From Geosiphon pyriformis uo1 (Eukaryota; Fungi; Glomeromycota): a stretch of 64,000 bases of DNA. This document shows positions 39,952 through 51,551 of this stretch, piece after piece. Both the position numbers and the translations under genes were made by a program. The stretch covers positions 296,042 through 360,041 of the forward strand of contig JAAOMT010000379.1 in the NCBI GenBank assembly GCA_016748015.1, written 5' to 3'. The first letter of the stretch is position 1; each line of letters opens with the position of its first letter. The notes under the pieces are model-generated. The model saw nothing but the letters and a program-made list of their open reading frames with translations, was not told the DNA's origin and ran no database searches.

Positions 39952-41279
39952 ATGATTATCAAAAAAATATTTATTGTGATATGGGCACAATTAAACCTCC
40001 TTATTTCTTTCGCATCACTATTGGCATTGTTCTTGACGCTTCCGAGTCGCTTGCCGGAAATTCCTGAACGAGAACCCGCCCGCTTAACTGGCTATCTACC
40101 ATGGCATTCACATATAAAAGGTGAATATTTTTTGAAGGAATATCTTTTTAAGAATAAAATATTTATCCAATTCCTTTATTGTCAAATTTCAGGGTTTAAA
40201 AATGAAGTTGGAGATACTATACACCTCTACGTAGGATCTATCATCGGGATTACAGCTCATTTTGCAATATATTGGGCCTTCTTCTATAAACCTCCGAAGA
40301 ACACAATCTCTAATTTCCAAAGCAGTATTGGTTCAACTCCAGCAACCATGTTCAACAAATTAATTGCAATTTATTGTTTAATAAGCTTTTATGCAGTTTT
40401 ATTGAGCTTTTTTATTGATGTTTCGAAGCTTTGGTCACCTTTTGGTACCGGACATAATTCGGCAGAAGTTATGATTCTTATATTGTTGGCAGATGGCGGA
40501 ATTATCAAAAGCAATACTTTTTGGTTTATAACTTTTGCCTATTCATTTACTACTGCCACTTTAAGTGCTATCCTTCCATGGCCAAAAGATGGATTGTTTT
40601 TTAAATTCCAAGGCAAGAATTGATCAAAAAATTGAAGAATGATATATTTACTTTTACGTTTTTACTAACCTTTTTGTTGAATTCAACATTCAGGTCTAAT
40701 TTTTGATTGGATGCTGGTTTTCACGTTTACCCGTTTACTCCGCAAGACTTATAGCAAACAAAAAAAAATGGGCAAATCACGCTTACCACTTAATAGCGAC
40801 TTTAAAGAAGAAGAGGTTTCAAAGGGTGTGGTTCATAAAACAACTACAGTACCTCTAACAACTATCACCCATCCAAGACAGTTGTGGCTTTTGGTAATTG
40901 CTTCCATCTTTCATATAGGTGGCAATTTATTGGTCACGCTCTTTAATACAGATGGATGGGCGTAAGTTTCCAATTATCTTTTATTACTCTTTCCAAATTT
41001 TTAAAAAGGGGATAAAACTAATTTTTTATCTTTAGATACTATACTCTTACATTAACTTACGGCATCACTTTTTCACTATATGCATTTTATATTTATCTTG
41101 AAACACATGCTCATGACGAGACCAAGGAAAAAATTTTTTTCATGCCAAAAACTCCAACTTGGCAACTTACTACGCTATATATTTGGTCAACATTTCTTTC
41201 ACTCTTATTTATTCGTATTGCTACTTATGGATTTGAACGTATCGTTATAAAGGATACTATATTGGGAAGTATAATTTAG
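39952..41279 (+). CDS. Polytopic membrane protein of unknown function (~366 aa, 4 exons, about 8-9 hydrophobic segments)
   Basis: Exons 39952-40120, 40193-40612, 40694-40961, 41036-41279; intron 2 is GC-AG. Phases are consistent and the spliced frame stays open to TAG at 41279. Confidence 0.8.
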
Positions 41280-43383
41280 TGGAGAGTATTTAAGTTTTTT
41301 CGGTTTTAATCTGATACCTGTAAATGGAAAACTGTAACTAAGAATATTTTAGATACAATACGTGACTTATTCATAATTTTGCGCTAAATTATTTTTATTA
41401 AAAAATCGCGAAAAACCCAATTTCAGGCCTTTCTGAGACAGTGGCCCGACTTTTTTATCCATTTTTTTTTTCATAAATTTGCAAGTCAAAAAAAAATTGT
41501 CGCCATTTTACCAGCCGAAAATAGGCGATGTAATACTTCCAAATTTATATTATAAATTTATGTTCTTTAACTTCAATTGTGTCGTGAAATAATCCCTTTA
41601 TTTGGTTGGAGTTCGCTGATTGGTATGAATCAGGTTTCAAAAACCATTGTCACGTAAATAGGTTACTTTCACCTCAATTCAATATTTGATTAAATTTTAT
41701 ATTTACAAGGCCCAAAGATGTATTCTAGAGCAACTATTATCGATTAACCAATCTCTTTATTAACAATTCTCGACCTAATCCCTTATGAGATGCTTCAACT
41801 ATCTAGAATTTGATACACTAAAAGATCAACAGTCATCGAGGTATTGTTTACTGACGAATAGTTTTCTGGTTAATGTTATTCCATCTGCACTTCTGTCCTT
41901 CGAGATTAAAACGTTATTTTTTTTCAATTTAATTTTAAACGACCATAATATACTTTTTTTCAATTCGTTCCTTTCGATTATTAGCTTAAGAATGGCTTTT
42001 TTTAATGAGCGAGAAAATAACTTGAACAACGTGTTTTTTTGGCAAGTTGCTATGGTTTACTTATATTTTTGATCATAATAAATACAAAAATTCACTTCTT
42101 TTCATTCTTATTCAGATGTAAAAAAAAAAAAGATAACCAAACAATAGAAAAAACTTTTTATTTTAATTATGTTTTATATTAATATACTAATATTTTATTA
42201 AACAGAAAAATTATCATGAAATTGAAAAAAAAAAACAATTTTTTTGGCTTATGTATATAGTCTTAAACTTTCTCTTAAAAAAGTAGATATTTTTAAATAA
42301 AAAATTGGAATTCATTCTTTAGGATTTGAGCCATTTTTTGAAAATCTTTACAGCCGCACTCTTATCCCTAAAAAATAAGTTTTTATTTCATTGATCATAT
42401 GGCTAAAAGTTTTAAGCCTTCTATTTGTGAAAGTAGAAATTGTCTGACTGATCTCTTCTTTTCAAAAAAAAAATTTCAACTAAAATTAGTCAATGGTTAC
42501 TCATACAAAAAAAAAGATTTCTAAGTAGCCAAAATTGATCTTGATTTAACTTTAAATGGGAGAACTCAAATTACCATAAGCCCATTACCTTAGCCAACAA
42601 GATAATACCGCCTGCTCTTCATTTCCTTTTACATGTATCTTGAGGTTTAAAAAACATCTCAATTTTGAGGAACACAATCTAAATTGATTGCAACTTAGAG
42701 TATATACATGTAACATGAATAGCCCGAATTAATGAACCACCTGACATGGTCATATTCTGAAATTAAAAACTAGTGAAGAGTTATGTAAGATTCAAAGAAA
42801 ATTTTTTTCCTTTGAAACAGTTTCTAAAAAACAAATATTTTAATAAAATACAATTATTCCAGTCAACGTGTAAATTTTTTGGCAAAATATCGGTTTCCTT
42901 TTCATCAAAATTTTGACTAACACAAAAATCATATGATTTCCTCCAAGTTTTTTTTTATATACATAATATAACTTCTCTTTGTCTTCTATTTCTATTTTTT
43001 AAAGTTTATTCTTGCTGTTAGGGATCTCGTTGAATTAATAGTAAGGCTCAACAATAAATTACAACGGTAAAGTTGCTTTATTTAGGAAATATTTAATTAA
43101 TATTGAAAATATTTTTTTGGGACAATTTCTTTGACCTTAAAAGTTGCTTTCCTAAACAAAACAATTATTTCTTTTCTTCTTTTTTAACCAATCATTAAAT
43201 TAATGTAAAATATGTTAAATTTTAGGTAAGAACTCTATCGTTAAAGATCAAAAATCACAATATATTTATATTTTTTTTATTCTTGCAAATATTTTCAACT
43301 TTCAAAATGACCATCAAATATCCAAAATGAATTTAAATTTGGCTGGATGCGTCTTCTACGGGGAAACTTTTGGTTAAATCCAA

Positions 43384-44845
43384 TTATACACTAGATAATG
43401 GATAAAAATTTTCACAATTCCCAAAAGTGGTTCCAAAGTAAGGCCCAAAATGTGCTAATGCACTTTCACTAACTGTTGCCAAGTTACAGTTCTAAAAATT
43501 TCTAAAGTTAATTAACCCATTCTGTAAGTCTCAAAATTTCGAATGTTTTTGTATACCATATTTTCTCCAAAAGCATTCGAATCCTTTGAAAAATAACCAG
43601 GACACTCGTAAAGCGCAAAAGATTTAGGGTCAATGGGATTTGGTTTTGTTGCACAATTGCAATCATCATCACTGATCCAATACTCTCGCTCATAATGCCA
43701 GTATCGTCTTCCGTTTGAAGATGTTTTGGGATAATGAGGTACAAAGTCATTCCTGTTAGTCACTCGATACACATTAATTTTTGTTCGCAAAGAATTTATC
43801 AGTTTTGCAAATTTATCATTTCCTGCTCTTGGCTGTCCAAACGTCACGACCGTAATATACAGGTGTCGACCTGGTATCTTCTTATAAAAATCTTCTTGTA
43901 GAAAGTGCAAAAATATTCCGATATAGAGGGCATAAACTAAAAATTTTAAAATCATATGTTAACAGTTAAGAAAATTTCGAAAAATTTTTGCAATAGAAGC
44001 TTACCTCCCCCAATTCCATGCCCTGTTAAATTTATTTTGATTTTGTCATCTTTAATTTTCTTACTGTATTCAACTATTTTTTCTGATACTCTAGCAAATG
44101 GACCTTTAACTGATGCAAAAACCTTTGCCCAATTTGCATCCACTAACCAATCTTTAGCAATAAGAATAGGTTTACGAAATTCTGATTTTCTTCGGTCCCA
44201 CTGTTTTTTATTGAATTCTGGACCTTTATTGATTCAAGTGCAAGGACAAATGAATAAGAATTTAAAAATATTAATGAAGAATGAATAAATTTAAAGAAAA
44301 GACATGCCTCGAAAGTACCCCAAGATTTCCATATTCTCCTCTAAAATAATATCACCTTTAATTAAAAAGATTATGTTTAGATATCGATCCAACCCATGCA
44401 ATATAAGTGATGATTAATTTATTAAGAACAAACTCTCTTGCCTATTATTTTTTTTTGCCCTGACCCAATCTTATCCATTTTTTGACAATACGGAATATTA
44501 GCTAGACGTGCCATTTTTTGAAAAAAGGTTAAGGTTTCAGAATTATTAACTAAAATCTTTGATGGTGACTTTTTCGCGTAACTGCCGAATCCTCGAGTTG
44601 CCCGGGTCTCTAATCTATTGGCATGAATGTCTGAATAAAACCTTTTCAAATTAAAATGTCCGCTTCCTAAAACCACAATAAAATTTTGGTAAATTTCTTA
44701 AATTTTATTTATTACTCTTCGAGTGCATACTTTGCGTCGTTAAGGAGGGTAAAATTTTCCCGTAATAAATTTCAAGTGTATTCGAGGTCGTGGCAATTAA
44801 GATAAAAAAGTAAATGCATTTTTTGAATTTCGAAAAAGCCTTCAT
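43384..44845 (-). CDS. Secreted class-3 lipase-fold protein, paralog C, lacking the catalytic Ser (~369 aa, 6 exons)
   Basis: Exons 44845-44716, 44666-44442, 44355-44308, 44223-44005, 43936-43557, 43491-43384 (two GC-AG introns). Motifs TGHGIGGV, TFGQPRAGN, RVTNRNDFVPHYP, HYEREYWI, AHFGPYFG. Reading frame intact. Confidence 0.85.
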
Positions 44846-47800
44846 TTCTTGTATTCTTGCCTTGAATGGCGAATGAGAATAAATAATCTTAAAAGATTTA
44901 TTTTTTCTACAAATATTATGGTTCACTTCATTTCCTGGTTTGAAAAATAAACTTCGTTTTAGTAAAGATATTCAGATTGAAAACAGATTAAGTTTTATTT
45001 GAAAATACAATAAAAATTATATTTCCATAAGGGTGTAGTAAATAACCTGCTGTTCAGACAATCATTGCAAGTCTGAGTAATTTACTATCAATCCATGATT
45101 TATTTACCTTAGGCCTAATTAAAACTTTTGATGCATAAGATAATTGTTCAACGCTTCAAGAAAGTTCCACATGAAAATTGGAAAAATAAACGAGAGCTTT
45201 TTTAATTGAAGATTATCTGATAAAAGGTTTCCGGATCTCAATTTTCTATTGAATTTAATTGATCGAATAAAACTGATAGATGTTTGCGAATAAAAATTAA
45301 TTTTTTGTATTTTATTACTGTAAATCTCTAACCCAAATGGGAGAGTTGCTTATATTTGAGTATAATATCATTTTTATACGCATATAATTTGATCTTTTTT
45401 TTGCCTACTATTTATCTTAGTGGTGTTTATCAGTGATTATTGTTGTGTCATTAGGAATTATTATTGGTTTCTTACTTTTGAGGATGTTTTAAATTAATTT
45501 CACAAAATAATTCAAAGTGAATTAAACTTGGCCCTAAATAATTTGGAAAATAAATTAATTTTAAAAAAATTAATAATTAGTATTAATTTAAAGCGAAAGA
45601 AAATAGATTTCAAAAGTAATTTTAGTTTTTGTTGATTGTATTTATTTCAAATTTTAATTAATAATAAAGATTTTATGCTAATTTTGGTTCTAATAACAAT
45701 ATTATGGCAATCATAACAGCATTACAATAATCTTGTAATTTATTAAAATATTATTAGATAATCATTTTTTTAAAATTAAAAATTCTTTAAGGTTGTTCTT
45801 AGTTAAATTTAATGAATTATAGTACTAATGTTAATGCTAATTATTTTTAATTTAGTGATATTCTTTTTTGTTGTTAAAAAATATAATTTACATAATTTTG
45901 TTTTATTTTTTTGAAAATAAAGATATATCGATAATATATTGCACATTTTTTACATAATTTTTTGAAAATTCACATTTTTTTTGTTAAATAGCAAAATATT
46001 AAAAACAGTGTTAATTAGATTTTTAAAGTTAAATATTTAATTTTGAATGAATTTTTTTATACTTTATTTATTTCAATTATTTACTAATCACCAATATTAC
46101 TAATATTATATATTTAACAAACTTATTTATTGACTTAATCATTAATCTAATTATTTATTAGTTATTTAATCTATTTTATTAAGTATATTAATAAAAAATT
46201 TTAAAGCTATAAAAAGTTTTATTTATCATTTAATTTATTTTCAGATTAAAATTAATCATTATTTTTTATTTCCATTTTTTTAAAATTTTTGTTTGGTAAA
46301 ATTAGCTTAAAAGTTAAAAAAAGATATTTTTGTAATTGCTTGAATAAATAACTATTGAAAATAGTTAATATTTGTTATAAAATTTTGAGACAACAATTAA
46401 AACATAAAATTACAAAATTTGTGTTATCTTTTGTTAACAATTTTTACTTCAAAAAAATTACAACTGTAATTTTAAGACTGTTCACATTAATTGAATTGCT
46501 TATATATTCAATCTGTTTTTTTGATAAGATATTTTATTAATTCTCTAATTTTTGTTTTGTTACTTTAATTTGTAATAATATTATACAAATATTAAAAATT
46601 CCAAACTCAAAAGAAAAGTCATTTCTTATCAATATATTGTTTACAATTTTTTTGTAAAATGTAAAACTATTTTTTGAAATTTATCGAAATAAAAATTTTA
46701 CATTATGATATATAATTGAATTTATAACAAATAATTAAAATTATTTTATATATTTTAATTAATTAATATGTTAATTATATAATTGGTTAATTTTACAATA
46801 ATATTTTAATAAATTACTTTTGATTGAATAATATTACAAATTTTGAAATTATTATAACTGTTTACAATTACAATTAAATAATCTGTAATATTTACAATGT
46901 TTTTATAATTATATTGTTTTTATTATTTATAACTATTTACAATTATTAAAAGTATATAAATAAAATTTACTAAAGCTATAGAAAATTATTTACCCAGCAA
47001 AAATTAATTTAATTATCTAAATATTAGTAATTCAATTCAGTTTTATCAAATTGGTAAAATCATTCTTAAAATAAACAATTATTATTGAAAACCAACTTTT
47101 ATTCTCTTATTAAATTTTAGTAATATTGATAGAAACATATAATTACAATAGCTATATTATTTTTTATTAATAATATAAACTATTATTCAATCTTTAAATA
47201 TTTTTGAAAAAATTAATAATCATGGTTTTTATAAAATTAATTATATTAAATAAATTACCTATTTATATAATTTGCTTTTTAAATTAAAAAAATCTTTAAT
47301 TATTTGTATTGCTATACAATAAATATTTTTTTTACTATTTATTAGTATATTATTTCAATCTGTAATAATAATATTTATATAATTAACAATAAAAAATTTA
47401 CTAAAATTTATTATATTTTAATAATTATATTTAAAATTAATTTGGTAATAAATAAAAAAAATTGTTTTTTTGTCTTTAATTTATTTACTAATATTGTTTA
47501 AAATAAATAAACAAAATTTTGTTATTATTTTTAATTTAACAAATTATTAAATATTTTGGCAAAATTTTTAATATTAAATAGTTTAGAATATTATATAATT
47601 TTATTATTATTTGGTTATTAATAAATTATTAATATAGAAATTAAAATAAATAATTGCCATAAACAAATTATTTTAATTGCATAATAATATAATAAAAATA
47701 TATAATAATAATATTTTAAACATTATTTGTATTGTAATATTAATTATTAAAATAAAATTTTAATCAAAATATAATTAAAGCTAAAAATTAATTATGTTAT

Positions 47801-48299
47801 TCCTTGTAAAAAAAAAAAAAAAAAAAACAAATTTATAAAATAATTAAATTTACAAATAATATTTAAAATTTTAATCAATAATTTAAGTAGCCAATAGGAA
47901 TTAAATTAAATATTTATTATTTTTGTTTACATAATAAATAAAAAAAGATGTTGTTTTCTAGATTTTTGTGAATTTAATATTGATTAAACTTAGTTAATTA
48001 ATAATTAAATTGGCCAACAATAAATAAAAATAGATTAATTTAAACAAAAACTGATTAAAATTTGTTTAAAATTACTCAAACAATATAGATTTTAAATTGT
48101 AGTAATACAATATAGTACACCAAAGTTACACAAATATTATAATAAAATAAATAAATAAATAAGTAATTTAAACTTTTATAAAATTATACAGTTTATTATT
48201 TAATATATTAATAATTAATAATTGCAATTGAAAGATTGATAGAAGTTAAAATTTTCAAAAAGAAAATCCTTCAAAAACTTCTATCATGAAAAATCGGAA

Positions 48300-49650
48300 T
48301 CAGAAAAACTCAAAAACAACTTTGGTACAACCTTCTAGTTTATTATCAAAAATATTATAAGCCTTGGGAGCATCCGCGAGCGGCAGGCGATGTGAAATTA
48401 TTTTTTCAACATCATACTTTTTCGATTGTAATAAGGGGATGGTTTTTTCGATAACATTTCGGACTGGACAGCGGCCAGATTTATAGGTTAGATTTTTATC
48501 ATAACCACTTGATGTAAAAAGAAGTTAGAAATATTCCCCAGATAATTATATTCAAGATTTTCAGAATAGAAAATTAACCTTTTGGGACTAAATGGGAATG
48601 TAGGACTATTATGAACTCCAACGCTTGATATAACTCCGGCGGGCCTCAACAGATCAAACGCAAACTGAAGAGCTGGATTATTCCCAACAACCTGTTAAGA
48701 AAAGAGCAAAAATATTAGAAATTAATTTCACGATGTTAAATATTTGTAATACAAACCTCTAAAACAACATCTGCACCCCTTTCGTCTGTTTCCTTCCTGA
48801 TAATCTCTAAAATATCATCTTTTTCGAAATTTAAGCATTTGGCTCCCAACTCTTGAGCTAATTTAAGTCGTTCCAAAACACGATCGATGGCAAAAACTTT
48901 TTTTGCACCAAGATGTAAAGCGGCAACAATGCTCATCAATCCAACTGGACCACTTCCTAGAACGATCACTACACTCTCCGCTCTTTCCTTTTCAGATAGG
49001 TGGCCCAGCCCATTTTCTGCACAAAAAAATCCTGTGGATAGCACATCACCGGCAAGTAATGCTTCATTGTTAGTAACATTTTCAGGGACTTTCACTAATG
49101 TTGAGTCTGCTAGCGGGACACGAACGTATTCTGCTTGAGCACCATCGAGACCTTTCTCATTTGAACGCCAACCATACAATTCACCTTTTTCGCAACGGCA
49201 TGTTATCCCTTTTTTACAATAGAAACACTGAAAAAATATCCAAATCAAATTAATGTTTAATTCGGGTTCAATCATTACAATTATTTTCACTGACCTGCCC
49301 ACAAGAGGTGGTAAAAGGCGACACAACTCTATCACCAATATTTAAACTGTTAACTTGATCTCCTTTTTCGTGAACCAAACCAACAAATTCATGCCCCATA
49401 ATTGTTCCCTTGTCTTGACCCTTTTGTATCCCTCGAAAAACTTACGAAAATTGGTATAGTTAATTAATTTATGTTTCGAACTCTGAAAACCAAATCAAAA
49501 ATCATCATGAACTTCAATACCATGTAGATCTGAGCCACATAAGCTACTGACCAGAACTTTAACGATAACATCTGTTGTCTCAATTATTTTCGGGAAGGGG
49601 ACTTCCTTGACTTCTACAGAATATGAGGAATGAAATGTGACTGCTTGCAT
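48300..49650 (-). CDS. Zinc-dependent medium-chain dehydrogenase (MDR, formaldehyde dehydrogenase-like subgroup; ~355 aa, 5 exons)
   Basis: Exons 49650-49521, 49440-49295, 49227-48757, 48691-48579, 48507-48300. Motifs CGSDLH, MGHEFVG, structural Zn CGQCFYCKKGITCRC, GAQAEYVRVPLAD, GDVLSTG (Asp ligand), Rossmann GSGPVG. Confidence 0.93.
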
Positions 49651-49900
49651 ATTTTTAAAAACTATCTACAAGAAAGGGTGGGAAAGTTAATTCTCCGATT
49701 GATTATCTTATTTTAATTATCAACAATTGATCGGATCATCATGTATGATGCAATGATTAGTTTGATGATGTATTTATTTACTCAATTGTTCAAAAATTGA
49801 GGTCATAGCGCAAGTTAAAGTTGCAACAATTTAAAAAGTACCTTTCTTTTTAATGATCCATTAAGATTGCTTCCTTTTTAAAAAACCCCTTGAAGAAAGA

Positions 49901-50413
49901 ATGCCTGGCCCAAAAATTAAAAAAGGCCAAGATATTACAATCGGTCGGTAGATTAGAAGTAATTTTCCTAACGAACTCGCTCCCTTTTTATGGAATTAAA
50001 TGACTATTTTTTTCTCTAGGCCGTGAACCGCACTCAGGCGTTGTATTTCATGCTCATCCCCGTCACGACGATACTCTTCCAGTAGACCTGCCTGAAAAGG
50101 AGGAACATTGGCAAGATAGGGAGCATATTGTGCCTACCCCTGGAGACCCGAAAGGTATATCAGTGCATCATTCGGAAAAAGGTTTTGATACTTTAGTAAG
50201 GGTAGCTTTTTATTTATTACCTTACATCAAATCATAGGCATTGTGGGCCATCTCCAAAAAGATTGGGAAAAAGAACACAGTGCGCATCCTCATGGTAAAA
50301 TCGGTGAAAAAGCCAATGCTCCCGCAAATGAGACCCAACAAATAGGGGCAACTCATAATGAAGCAGAGACTAAAATACATGATCACGATGACAAAGGTGG
50401 AATTAAAAATTAA
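49901..50413 (+). CDS. Small hydrophilic His-rich protein (117 aa, 3 exons), absent from the ORF track
   Basis: Exons 49901-49943, 50020-50154, 50238-50413 join in phase through two GT-AG introns into a stop-free frame: MPGPKIKKGQDITIGREPHSGVVFHAHPRHDD...KIHDHDDKGGIKN*. Exons are GC-richer than the introns. Confidence 0.7.
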
Positions 50414-50559
50414 TCAATGAAAAATTTTGGTCACCCTTACTTGTATAAAAATTTAGCTCTCACTATATTTTTCAAATGAAGCTGTGAAATCATCCTTTGA
50501 TTGAAATTTTAGGTTTAATTAAAAAATTTTCTGTTTGAAAAAACCTGGATTTTATACAT

Positions 50560-51551
50560 GATTCTGACCGCAGTAAAAGTATGAATGCTTGCATCTAGAA
50601 TTCAGATTTCAAGAAATTGCTTTGAGAAGACTTGTCATTTGTATGCATAGTTTTTGCTCAGGTAGATGGCGAAGAGGTCGTCTAACCTCATCTCACAAGT
50701 TTTTGATGGGATTTAGGTCTGGAGATTGTAGGGGACATTTTCCTGTTGGAAAATAATATATTGTGTATTCAAATCAAATTAATTTAAGGTTCTAATTAAA
50801 TCATCTGTAAGTATTTTCTATACCCTTCACCATTCAATATGACAACGATTGTCAATGCCATGGAATGTAAAAAAATCCACATCATAATACCACTCCTACT
50901 GTTAGTTGTATCTGCTGGTTTCTAAGTGGTTCCACAGCCTTCTTCTAATAGTACTTGAATCAGTCAGACTCAAAAAGTAAAAACTCACTCTTGTCAGACC
51001 AGATTGCTTGCCTCCAGTTTTCAATTGTTCAATTTTCATATTTTCGTGCAAAGTTAAGTCGTAGATTTTTAGAGTATTTTTTTAATTTGTGCTTGTAAAC
51101 CATTTCGCCAGGGTCCTCTACAAACAGTATCAAGACTAACATTAATGTTATGGTCGATTTTGAATTTCTACTGCTATTGAAAATTCTTGAGTAGAGATAA
51201 AACGAACGATTTTTCCGGATTTGTATTTACATGTAAAGCTACCACTTTCATTTTTTAATCTTATTATGGGTAATTACCGTACACTTATTCTTACCTGTTT
51301 TCTATAGAAATACGAGTCATAATTTTTTTATGTAAAAAAATGGTTAATTCATTCTTGAGGACACTCTTTTGTGTTCAATATATTTATTTAATGAAAAATT
51401 TCTTTTTTGTCATAAGTGATAATTGTCTTGTAATAATTAATTACAAAATATGACATCATATTATCAATTTTAGTAATCATGGTCAAAAGTGATACCCTAG
51501 CTTTTTAATAAATTTTCTCGGGTGGTATGGTGACGTTTATGAGTCACTATA
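50560..51551 (-). mobile_element. Tc1/mariner transposon relic
   Basis: Minus-strand remnants WRQAIWSDKSEF (from WSDES), GIMMW, and PLQSPDLNPIKNL* (from WPxQSPDLNPIENLW). Possible TIR end TATAGTGACTC near 51551. Confidence 0.8.
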
